From contig CAJXYM010000006.1 in NCBI GenBank assembly GCA_913063045.1, positions 6,339 through 70,338 on the forward strand: a stretch of 64,000 bases of DNA, given 5' to 3'. This DNA is from an uncultured Flavobacteriales bacterium. GTDB lineage: Bacteria > Bacteroidota > Bacteroidia > Flavobacteriales > BACL11. Shown here one piece after another: positions 1 through 8,560 of the stretch (positions are counted from its first letter, which is position 1; each line of letters begins with the position of its first letter). The notes under the pieces are model-generated. The model was not told where the DNA came from. It searched no databases and saw only the letters and a list, made by a program, of their open reading frames with translations. A program made the translations under genes and the position numbers.

Positions 1-139
1 TACTTTTCATCTTCTTTATTAAACTTTAATCCTATTTTTTGAGGTGTCCATTTTGCTTCAAACAGTCTTATTATAATTCACCTATTTACAGTATATTGAT
101 TATATAATAATTAATTGTATAAATATATATAAGTATTTT

Positions 140-1243
140 TTAATAAAAAATGGAATTGATAAACTCACTAGGATTCTCTTCCTTTAGCTTGTCTATAATA
201 AATTCTTTGTGTGTTATTTTAAGATTATTCAAAGCATCAATAAGCTCCTTATCCGTAAAGCCTTCCTTTATCCTATATAAATCAACTAATTTTGCTGATA
301 TTGAATAATAAAAATCCTGAAAATCACCTCCAACTCTTTTACCCTCAACAAGGAATTTAATAAAATCCTCTCTTTCTTCTGCAGTTATTTTATTACTTAC
401 ATTTTCTAATTTCTTTTGATAAGTTTGACCACCACTACCTCCATAAATAGTTGCTATTCCTTCATTTATAAAAGTACGAAACTTATATTCTCCATTTAGG
501 ATATAATGAATCATTTCATGTTTGTTTGATAAATATTCAGGAGAAAGAAGAAGGTTTTCATCAGGTATAGTTATTCCAGTCTGCATTAAAGCATAATCAA
601 AACCGATAAAGTGTAAACTGCTTAAATAATTAATATTAATTATTTTTAATGGCTGAGTTTTTTTCTTTACCTCAAATCGTTTATACATCTCAAAATAAAA
701 GGACACATCCTTTACTAATTCCTTTTTCTCTAATTCAGTAAAAGGTTCTAGTTGGTAAAAGGTAATATTTTCAATTGAATATGTATTATAATCAGTATAA
801 TCAGGACTAATATCTAGGTATGTTTCACCTTCTTTCTTAATGAAATTCAAATTAAAAATGGCATTATAGAAATCATCATATTTCAAATTAAATGCTTCTG
901 AGTTTAATTTGTAGATAACCTTAAAGTTTGTTTTCTCTGCATCTTGCTTAGAAGATAAAATTACATATTCATTATCTTTATTTTTATAATATTTAGAGGA
1001 ATAAAAATTTAAACTATATTTTTTAAATTGTTCTGAACTATTACTTTGAATATTAATTGAATCATATTTTTTATTTAAAAAATAGTCAACTAATTCTAAT
1101 TCCTTATTTAGAGTACTATCTTGCTCTAGCTGTATTCTAAAAATTTCAGAATGTTTTATTAAAGCAGAAGTGGTATCTGAGTTTTGAGCATAAATAATTG
1201 CTGCATAAAATTGTAGGACTGAAAGTATTATAATTAATCTCAT
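140..1243 (-). CDS. Secreted putative gluzincin-type zinc metallopeptidase (element cargo)
   Basis: Signal peptide (MRLIIILSVLQFYAAIIYAQ); HEMIH followed by FINEGIA fits the HExxH...NEG gluzincin pattern. Confidence 0.6.
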   Translation of the reverse strand: MRLIIILSVLQFYAAIIYAQNSDTTSALIKHSEIFRIQLEQDSTLNKELELVDYFLNKKYDSINIQSNSSEQFKKYSLNFYSSKYYKNKDNEYVILSSKQDAEKTNFKVIYKLNSEAFNLKYDDFYNAIFNLNFIKKEGETYLDISPDYTDYNTYSIENITFYQLEPFTELEKKELVKDVSFYFEMYKRFEVKKKTQPLKIININYLSSLHFIGFDYALMQTGITIPDENLLLSPEYLSNKHEMIHYILNGEYKFRTFINEGIATIYGGSGGQTYQKKLENVSNKITAEEREDFIKFLVEGKRVGGDFQDFYYSISAKLVDLYRIKEGFTDKELIDALNNLKITHKEFIIDKLKEENPSEFINSIFY

Positions 1244-1412
1244 TTTTGTTTTTTCATGTTAAAATAAAGGTTTAACTGTACGTATTCTTTCCAAAGTGGT
1301 ATAATTTGTAAATAGATTTCGCTTTTTATAAATAAGACTGTTTTCAAGCATTAGAGTTAATTTTACATCTCCTCTTTAAAATAGAAATTAAATCATTAAA
1401 AAAATGGAAACT

Positions 1413-2222
1413 TCATTTATTATTAAAAAAACTCGTGATATGATTGATATATAAATCTCCAAAATAATTTTTACTTAGTGAATGAAATCCTTGTAAATGC
1501 CCTCCATTAAATTCTATAATATTTATTTTTTTAATCTTTTTAAGTTCTGTGATTTCAGAAAAATTATCTTCAGTTCCATGAAAAATAATTACATTTTTTG
1601 CATTTTGTAGATTTACAAAAAATAATTCATCATACTTCTTAGAAGATTTTGGGAGTAATATTTTACGATTTTTTAAATTTTCAACTTTTGTTGTGAAGTT
1701 ACTTGTATTACTGACAACTCCCTCTAAAATAATATAATCAAGAGTATGTGTTTTCAAATAAGAGTTTGTTATTATTGTTCCCATTGATAAAGCTAAAACT
1801 CCAATTTTCTTATCATTCCATTTTTCTTTTACTTTACTAATAACAGTTTCTAGGTCATCTGTAAATTCGTTATAATACAGTTGCTTTTGATTTATTTCAA
1901 AACTTGAACTTTTGCCAAACCCTCTGTAATCAAATAATACAACATTGTATCCGTTATAGCTTATGGAGTAAGCATGGTTTAATAAATAAGACATATTTCC
2001 AGCATCACCTCCTGCAATTATTATAACATTATTGTTATTATCATTTTTAACCAATGGACTAAGCCACCAACTATTTATTTTAGCTTTATCTTTAGTTAGT
2101 AGTTGATACTCTTTAAAATCTAATCCTAAAGAATCAGGTTCATATAGGTATTCAATAACTGGATTTATTGATAATGCATTTACAAAGCTAAATAGTAATA
2201 ATCCAAATAGTATTTTTTTCAT
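1413..2222 (-). CDS. Secreted alpha/beta hydrolase (element cargo)
   Basis: Signal peptide; FDYRGFGKS, nucleophile elbow ALSMG, HGTED acid motif, GGH catalytic His. Confidence 0.85.
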   Translation of the reverse strand: MKKILFGLLLFSFVNALSINPVIEYLYEPDSLGLDFKEYQLLTKDKAKINSWWLSPLVKNDNNNNVIIIAGGDAGNMSYLLNHAYSISYNGYNVVLFDYRGFGKSSSFEINQKQLYYNEFTDDLETVISKVKEKWNDKKIGVLALSMGTIITNSYLKTHTLDYIILEGVVSNTSNFTTKVENLKNRKILLPKSSKKYDELFFVNLQNAKNVIIFHGTEDNFSEITELKKIKKINIIEFNGGHLQGFHSLSKNYFGDLYINHITSFFNNK

Positions 2223-2260
2223 AATCTTATTTTATTGTTAATCTATTGTTTTAAACTCCC

Positions 2261-2268
2261 CAAACTTA
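2261..2268 (-). promoter_or_regulatory. Bacteroidota -7 element (TAAGTTTG) upstream of the cargo hydrolase
   Basis: Matches TAnnTTTG, 38 nt upstream of the ATG at 2222. Confidence 0.5.
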
Positions 2269-2772
2269 GTTATAATATATCTATTTTCAATAGTTTGAGT
2301 TTATTTATATAGGTTAAGAACTAAATACCGTAAGCAACACCTCAACTACCACTTGAAGAAACACACTTAAACAGCCACATTTAAAGTTCAATTTTATAAC
2401 TATCTATATGCTCAATTTACAGGATGTAGAGTTGTTAATTATTCTCTTTTTAAGCCTTAAAAACCTTAAAATACTTCAATATAATAAATAACTAACTTTT
2501 ATTAATTAATCATTGATAGGTTTGTTTGAGTTCGGAACTGCTGGGTAGATGTAAGTCTTAATAACAATACTTTGCCAGACATTATTTTACACTAATAAGG
2601 GTAATTCCAATAGTATAATTGTAAATAATTGATTAGTAGTTATTTACGTAATTATGATGCTATTTATAGGTAGTCAGATATATACATTAGATTCTGGCAT
2701 TTTGAGTTATTATTTTCCTAATTTAAGAGGGAGAATACATGATTTTATTATACACATGATTAGTAATGATAA

Positions 2773-2967
2773 CTAAAAATTATAAGCCATAATATGAAAG
2801 CCTGTTATATCCTGCAAAGAAGCTACTTGAAACAGCTTTAGAGCCCTTGTAGAGCTATCTAATGATACTTCTGCAATGTTACGGCTGTCTATGGGGTAAG
2901 AGAGATAAATCCCTCTGCTATCAATATAAGTTTGAACACCATTTTTGTTTATGAAATATGTATGCAT
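2773..2967 (-). CDS. Small hypothetical protein coupled to the polymerase-like gene
   Basis: 64 aa; its ATG overlaps the upstream TAA (TAATG at 2967). Confidence 0.6.
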   Translation of the reverse strand: MHTYFINKNGVQTYIDSRGIYLSYPIDSRNIAEVSLDSSTRALKLFQVASLQDITGFHIMAYNF

Positions 2968-4499
2968 TATGCTGTTTTTTTAATTGTTATAGGATTATCA
3001 GCTGACCAATAATCCACTTTAAAAGATGGTTCAAGACCTATTGCTATTATCATTTCTTCCCGCATTACTTGCTCTACATAATCCTCATTACCTAATGTAG
3101 TAGCAACAGAATCGTGAATAGTAGTAATAAATAAGTTGGGTCTTTCAATAGAAATACGCTTTGCCACTCTATTCAAAATAATAGTACTTTCAATAATTTG
3201 TAGGGTAATAGGAAGGACTGTGCTATCATTACGCTTAATATGAAAGAGTATATCATAAACAGATGGGAATAATTCCTTAAATATTCTTTTAGGTTTAGCG
3301 TCAGCTTGTCCTAAGAACCTGTTATCAGTAAACAACACTTGAAATACTGCTGCCTTAACACCCCTACCATCAATATCAGCTATACCCTGTTGTTCTAACT
3401 GCATTTCTTTTGATAGAAACTTGTACAAATCCCCACTCTGGCAAAGGTCAATATACCTTTGAATATCAACAGGAACAGCTATACTTACAGGTGGAATACC
3501 TGTTTTTGTAAACATAATATAAGAAGTATAGCTAAAGGGATTACAAGACATTGTTATAATATCACTGAAAACACTGGGTAATATGTCTGAATTATTAAGA
3601 ATATTAGGTTTTAAACCTTTTTTTAGAATTTTCTCCTCCATTTCTGCAGTTGCTGTGGCGTCAGTATTCCAAAACACTGGACTTAACAGTGTAGTACTAA
3701 GCATTGGCTGTGAATTTGCAAAATCAACTGATACTATTGGCTGACCATTATAAGTAACATAATTCCTAAGCTCACTTTTAATATTAGTAAGGTTAGTATG
3801 CACCCTATATGCAGTTGAATCTTGTGTAAAACCAAAATCTTTGTTATCAATCCTATCTATATTATCTAAACCAACAGTCAACCTAACTGTAGGATTTGCA
3901 GGTTTTTTTAATGATTTACTTTTATAAGTGGCACTAGCTACCTTTAACTCATATTTAGCTAACTTACTAGAGTATTCTAATTTATCTTGCTTATACATAC
4001 TCCAAGCACATTCAGAAGCCCCCTCTACATCAATTTCTAAGCCATCTAAATATTTATATAAGAAGCCATACTTTTTTTCAGTAGCATAAGATGAATTAGA
4101 TTTTTTAGAAAGCTTCCTTACTAAAGAACCCTTACAAATGGTTACTTTCTTAGGAGTAGCATCCGCATAACTATCTGTAAAACTAAACCCCTTACATTTT
4201 TTACCATTGATATATTGATTATCTGTTTTGAAAACATCAGCTTTAACCAACCAATCAACAGTTGCCTTATAATCATTACCAAATAAGTGTTTCAATTTAG
4301 TAGCACTTATATAGGTATAATCCCCATACAAAAGCCTTTGGTTCTCCTGCATTGGGTATAGCTCGTTAATCATTGCTAAGAGCTGATAAACCTTATATTC
4401 TTTAGGTTTATAATCCTCCTTATTAGGAGAATGAATTTTCAGTAAAATACTGTGGTTATAGTTTTTGGGTATGTATTTGTTCTTAACTTCTTTACTCAT
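2967..4499 (-). CDS. Family-A (PolA/T7 superfamily) polymerase-like protein with putative N-terminal winged helix; probable element replication protein
   Basis: YRVHTNLTNIKSELR resembles PolA GRLSSxxPNLQNIP; motif A IVSVD259FANSQ; GDLY; motif B R379GVK382AAVF386QVLF; LQ434IIES; motif C TIH462D463S. Order and spacing match Pol I apart from one insertion. Confidence 0.75.
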   Translation of the reverse strand: MSKEVKNKYIPKNYNHSILLKIHSPNKEDYKPKEYKVYQLLAMINELYPMQENQRLLYGDYTYISATKLKHLFGNDYKATVDWLVKADVFKTDNQYINGKKCKGFSFTDSYADATPKKVTICKGSLVRKLSKKSNSSYATEKKYGFLYKYLDGLEIDVEGASECAWSMYKQDKLEYSSKLAKYELKVASATYKSKSLKKPANPTVRLTVGLDNIDRIDNKDFGFTQDSTAYRVHTNLTNIKSELRNYVTYNGQPIVSVDFANSQPMLSTTLLSPVFWNTDATATAEMEEKILKKGLKPNILNNSDILPSVFSDIITMSCNPFSYTSYIMFTKTGIPPVSIAVPVDIQRYIDLCQSGDLYKFLSKEMQLEQQGIADIDGRGVKAAVFQVLFTDNRFLGQADAKPKRIFKELFPSVYDILFHIKRNDSTVLPITLQIIESTIILNRVAKRISIERPNLFITTIHDSVATTLGNEDYVEQVMREEMIIAIGLEPSFKVDYWSADNPITIKKTA

Positions 4500-4768
4500 T
4501 AGGCAGCTCTCTTATTATCGTTAAGCACTTTAAGTATTGCTTTACGCTCATAATAAAGAGTGCCCCCTATCCTAGTGTAAGGGATTTTTCCATTGATTCT
4601 ATGATTCTGTAGTGTACCTGTGGAAAGGGTTAGCATCTTCATTACCTCTGCTGACCTTAGCCACTCCTTTTGAGTAGTTGTTTTTTCTGTTATTAGTGCT
4701 ATTTCACTAATAATTTCTTCTTTCATTTTTTGAAGGTCTTGTACTGTAACTAAGTTGTTTTTATCCAT
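4499..4768 (-). CDS. Helix-turn-helix (HTH_17/MerR-like) excisionase or regulator
   Basis: WLRSAEVMKMLTLSTGTLQNHRINGKIPYTRIGGTLYY is typical of Bacteroidota element HTH proteins. Likely start is the ATG at 4768 (track start 4807). Stop overlaps the next ATG. Confidence 0.9.
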   Translation of the reverse strand: MDKNNLVTVQDLQKMKEEIISEIALITEKTTTQKEWLRSAEVMKMLTLSTGTLQNHRINGKIPYTRIGGTLYYERKAILKVLNDNKRAA

Positions 4769-4827
4769 ATTTAATATGTATTGATTTGTATTAATATCAT
4801 ATAACAAATTTTAATTGAATAATTAGT

Positions 4828-4835
4828 CAAAATTA
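4828..4835 (-). promoter_or_regulatory. -7 element (TAATTTTG) for the HTH-polymerase-small ORF operon
   Basis: TAnnTTTG match between integrase and HTH gene. Confidence 0.45.
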
Positions 4836-4937
4836 AGTATTATCTCTAATTTGCTTTTCAACATAATGTGAGTAACTAACCATTATGAGGGTCTATTTAT
4901 ACACCATGGTTTGTCGTATATAGGATTAAATATTTTT

Positions 4938-6167
4938 TTATGAGGCTTTCTGTGTTCCTTTTAAATTTATATTCATCAGTTTCTTCATGTCATCAGCTAT
5001 TTTACTGTCAATTATCTTGGCATAAATCTGTGTGGTTTTTAAATCTTTATGCCCTAGAATTTTTGCAACAGTTTCAATAGGAACTCCTTTAGTGAGTGCA
5101 TAAGTTGCAAAAGTATGTCTTGCAGTATGCATAGTTAGATTTTTGGTTATCCCACACAAATCAGCTATTTCTTTTAGATAGGCGTTCATATTTTGGTTTG
5201 AAAGGACTGGCAGAACACTGCCTTTATTAACTGCTAAGGGGTGGCCTTTGTATTTGTTAATTATTTTAAGAGCTTGTGGTATCAAAGGAATGTGAGATGC
5301 TGTATTTGTTTTTTGCCTTCTGATATGTATCCACAGGTTGCCATCAATACCTGTATGTAAATTATCAGGATTAAGTTTTTCTACATCAACAAATGCTAAG
5401 CCAGTAAGACAACAGAAAGCAAATATATCTCTGACTAGCTCCAAACGTTTTATTGTAAATTCTTTGCTAAGTAAAATCTGAATCTCATTTTCTGTTAAGA
5501 ACTCTTTTACTACCTCTTTGTTTTTCATCTTAAACTTACGGAATGGGTTTTTATCTATCCATTCATTGTCTAGAGCAATATTAATCATCTTTATTAAGTG
5601 TGATAGGTATTTATTGGTTGTGTTTCTGCTGATGTTTTTTACACTTAAAAGATAATGCTCAAAATCTGTGATGAAACCGAAAATTACTTCACCTAAATGT
5701 ATATCATCTGCTTTATAGTTAAACTTAATAAACTCCTTTAAATGTTTGTAGGAAAGCTCATATTTACCAACAGTAGCAATTGCATAACCTTTGCCTATGA
5801 GCTGATTGATTTTTTTGTTATGGTTCTCAAAAACCCCAAGAAGTGTTTTTTTATCAGGATTAATGTCTAATACAGCATTTTTAAGAGTCCCTGCTGTAAT
5901 TGATTTATTCTTTTGCATTAACTCTTGTTGATTTTCATAAACCTTAGCTTGTATAGTGTCTAGGTATTTGTTCAGTGATTTTGTTTGTTCGTTAGAGCCT
6001 TTTGCTCTGCCCTTAGTATTGTTCCATTTGTTAGGGTCAATTGTTCTTTTGGCAGAAAATTCAGCTCTTTTTCCATTGATAGTTATGCGTACATAGATTG
6101 GTACAGTACCATTTGATTTTGTTTTACTTGTTCTGATGTAGAAAAGTAGTGAGAAAGTATTTGTCAT
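4938..6167 (-). CDS. Tyrosine site-specific integrase, Bacteroidota type
   Basis: N-terminal arm-binding domain (FSLLFYIR...PIYVRITING), HTARHTFAT, LGHKDLKTTQIYA. The first catalytic Arg position reads TGLAF, as in many Bacteroides integrases. Confidence 0.95.
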   Translation of the reverse strand: MTNTFSLLFYIRTSKTKSNGTVPIYVRITINGKRAEFSAKRTIDPNKWNNTKGRAKGSNEQTKSLNKYLDTIQAKVYENQQELMQKNKSITAGTLKNAVLDINPDKKTLLGVFENHNKKINQLIGKGYAIATVGKYELSYKHLKEFIKFNYKADDIHLGEVIFGFITDFEHYLLSVKNISRNTTNKYLSHLIKMINIALDNEWIDKNPFRKFKMKNKEVVKEFLTENEIQILLSKEFTIKRLELVRDIFAFCCLTGLAFVDVEKLNPDNLHTGIDGNLWIHIRRQKTNTASHIPLIPQALKIINKYKGHPLAVNKGSVLPVLSNQNMNAYLKEIADLCGITKNLTMHTARHTFATYALTKGVPIETVAKILGHKDLKTTQIYAKIIDSKIADDMKKLMNINLKGTQKAS

Positions 6168-6279
6168 TTTAAAGTATTTTAGACTCCTATTTATTGCTTA
6201 CAATATACATAATTTTAAGTTAATATGCAACAGAATAAACTATATAATTCACATATTATCAACACTTTACACTCTTTCT

Positions 6280-6325
6280 GGTGTCCCATTTCAAAACTTA
6301 AAAAAGGACACCTAATAGGACACCT
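6280..6325. repeat. Putative integrase arm-type binding sites
   Basis: AGGACACCT direct repeats at 6305-6313 and 6317-6325, plus inverted GGTGTCC at 6280-6286. Confidence 0.6.
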
Positions 6326-6364
6326 TTAATATGGGATTTAATAGTGTTATTTGGTGATGTTGGA

Positions 6365-6401
6365 AAACAAAAAACCCCATAAACACTTAGTTTACAGGGT
6401 T
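6365..6401 (-). terminator. Intrinsic terminator downstream of tRNA-Val
   Basis: Minus-strand AACCCTGTAAAC-taagt-GTTTATGGGGTT followed by a T-rich run; the two mismatches are G-U pairs on this strand. Confidence 0.7.
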
Positions 6402-6437
6402 GTTGCTAAAATTTGGATTCTTTTGGTAGAATATCTG

Positions 6438-6512
6438 TGGGCAATGAGGGACTCGAACCCCCGACTTCCTCCTTGTAAGGGAGGCACTCTGAACCAACTG
6501 AGTTAATCGCCC
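6438..6512 (-). tRNA. tRNA-Val(TAC)
   Basis: GGGCGAT/ATTGCCC acceptor stem, anticodon arm CCTCC-CTTACAA-GGAGG, GGTTCGAGTCC T-arm; CCA not encoded. Confidence 0.97.
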
Positions 6513-6568
6513 TGAATTGTTTGCAAATATATATGAATTCTTTAATAATTAGGTTTTTTATGCAATTA

Positions 6569-7774
6569 TTATAATACTTCTGCTACTATAAAAGTACTTC
6601 CTCCAATGAAAATTAAATCATCCTTACTAGCATTTTCTTTTGCATTAATATAAGCCTGATTAACTGAGCTAAATTCATCACCATAGAGATTAAATTCTTC
6701 AGCTCTTTGCTTAAGGATGTTAGTTTGAAGTGCACGGTCTATTTTTGCTGCACAAAAATAATATTTTGCTTTTTTGGGAAGTAATTTGAATACGTTTGTT
6801 AAAACTTTGTCATTTACACTACCAAAAATAAAATGCAACTTATTAAATTTTGTTTTTTCAATTTGACGTAAAATATTTTTAATTCCATCTTCATTATGAC
6901 CGACATCACAAATGGTTAGAGGATTCTCTGATAGTTTTTGCCATCTTCCTTCTAATCCTGTGTTTTTTAAAATATTATTTATTCCCTTATTAATCTGTTC
7001 ATTGCTTATATTCCAATTTAATACTTCAATAGCTTTAATCGCTGTGCCAATATTCTCGTTTTGATAATCACCTTTCACATCAGTTGTAATATTTTTAGGA
7101 TTATCATTATAATATAATTTAGCATTTTTTTCTTTTGCAATACTCTTGAAAATTTCCTTTGTTTTATCCTGTTTTTTTCCAATAATTATTGGAGTATTTT
7201 TTTTGATAATTCCTGCTTTTTCAAATGCAATTTTTTCAATGGTATTACCTAATAAGTTTGTATGATCTAATCCAATATTCGTTATTATTGAAAGTTCAGG
7301 ATTAATAATATTAGTGCTATCTAGTCTTCCGCCTAAACCAGTTTCAATAATTGCTATGTCTACTTTTGATTCTGTAAAATAATTAAATGCCATTGCAACA
7401 GTAAATTCGAAAAATGACATATTTATTTTTTCAAATTCTAATTGATTTTCTTTTATAAAATTTATGATATATTTCTTATCTATTGTCTTGCCATTAATTT
7501 TAATTCTTTCTCTAAAATCTTTTAAATGAGGAGATGTATAAAGTCCAGTTTTATAGCCTGCTTCTTGAAGTATTGATGCTAGCATATGAGCAGTAGAGCC
7601 TTTGCCATTTGTGCCTGCAATATGAATAGTTTTTATTTTTTTTTGAGGATTATTAAGAATTTTACATGCTTTTATTATGTTCCCAATATCTTTTTTGTAT
7701 GCTGCAATGCCACTTCTTTGATACATAGGTAGTCTTTGAAAGAGATACTCTACACTTCTCTTATAATCCATCAA
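6569..7774 (-). CDS. folC: Folylpolyglutamate/dihydrofolate synthase
   Basis: IHIAGTNGKGS, YTSPHL, ETGLGGRLDSTN, DVGHN. Confidence 0.97.
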   Translation of the reverse strand: MMDYKRSVEYLFQRLPMYQRSGIAAYKKDIGNIIKACKILNNPQKKIKTIHIAGTNGKGSTAHMLASILQEAGYKTGLYTSPHLKDFRERIKINGKTIDKKYIINFIKENQLEFEKINMSFFEFTVAMAFNYFTESKVDIAIIETGLGGRLDSTNIINPELSIITNIGLDHTNLLGNTIEKIAFEKAGIIKKNTPIIIGKKQDKTKEIFKSIAKEKNAKLYYNDNPKNITTDVKGDYQNENIGTAIKAIEVLNWNISNEQINKGINNILKNTGLEGRWQKLSENPLTICDVGHNEDGIKNILRQIEKTKFNKLHFIFGSVNDKVLTNVFKLLPKKAKYYFCAAKIDRALQTNILKQRAEEFNLYGDEFSSVNQAYINAKENASKDDLIFIGGSTFIVAEVL

Positions 7775-8559
7775 TTTAATTGGAAATTATAGATGATTTT
7801 TCCTTGTTGTCTGCTAGGAGCAGATTCTTTTGCAGTAAATTTAGTTTTTAGAGCTGCTTCTTTTGCTCTTTTTAATAATTGAGGATCTAATGTTGTTGAT
7901 CCCTTAACTCCAGAAACAGCACTTATAACATTACCTAATTGGTCAACTGTAATTTCTACTACTACCTTCCCTTGAGTTTGAATTTTATATATTGGTTTTG
8001 CTTTAAAAGAAACATTCCTTCCCGATAGCTGGTAGGCTAAACCATCAATACCTATTCCTCCTCCTTCATATTCGGTTGAGTTTTGATTTCCTTCTACTGA
8101 ACCCTGGTTTCCTTTATATTCTTTATTACCATCTGAATCCTCTGGGCTTGTTTTTTTACCGGTGTAAAGTGCTTTTTTATTTACTATTGGTTCTGCTTTC
8201 TCGATAACTATTTCTTCTTGTTTTTCTTCTGGTTCTTTTTGGGTCTCCTTCTTTGTCTCTTTTGGAGCTTCTATTATTTCTGTTTTAACAAGATCTTGCG
8301 TAATAACTTCTTGTTCAATTTCAGCGACTTCTTTTATTATCTCCTCAATTTTAGGGTCAGATTCAACGGCATTATCTTCTGGTTGAACGTCTTGATTCCC
8401 TTCATCAGTAAATCCAAAATTAATAGTAATTCCCTCTTCAGGTGGTGGAGGGATTCGATATGTTAGCCCCATAAAAATAAAACAAATAGCTAACAGAGAA
8501 TGGAAAATTATTGTTCCTGCTATTCCTTTTATTTTATTGTTCTTTTCAGAAGAACTCAT
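7771..8559 (-). CDS. tonB: TonB-family energy transducer
   Basis: N-terminal TM with FHS, acidic linker, C-terminal GKVVVEITVD...AALKTKF domain; next to exbD/exbB. Confidence 0.85.
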   Translation of the reverse strand: MSSSEKNNKIKGIAGTIIFHSLLAICFIFMGLTYRIPPPPEEGITINFGFTDEGNQDVQPEDNAVESDPKIEEIIKEVAEIEQEVITQDLVKTEIIEAPKETKKETQKEPEEKQEEIVIEKAEPIVNKKALYTGKKTSPEDSDGNKEYKGNQGSVEGNQNSTEYEGGGIGIDGLAYQLSGRNVSFKAKPIYKIQTQGKVVVEITVDQLGNVISAVSGVKGSTTLDPQLLKRAKEAALKTKFTAKESAPSRQQGKIIYNFQLN

Positions 8560-8560
8560 T

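Larger units (their letters stand above)
1..6437 (-). mobile_element. Integrative element/genomic island at the 3' end of tRNA-Val; far end probably left of the window
   Basis: Tyrosine integrase starts 270 bp downstream of tRNA-Val, followed by a co-oriented HTH gene, polymerase-like gene and cargo. Repeated GGACACC motifs lie between tRNA and integrase. No second copy of the tRNA 3' end seen in the window. Confidence 0.85.

Noticed and set aside
1259-1351. 30-aa minus-strand ORF MLENSLIYKKRNLFTNYTTLERIRTVKPLF between the cargo genes
   Set aside because: No motif, signal or coupling; expected by chance.
2967-4499. Calling the 510-aa ORF host polA or a standard T7-like RNA polymerase
   Set aside because: Too short, no exonuclease domains, divergent motifs and a mobile-element context. 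Motif A and the upstream block are PolA-like, not the DGSCSG type.
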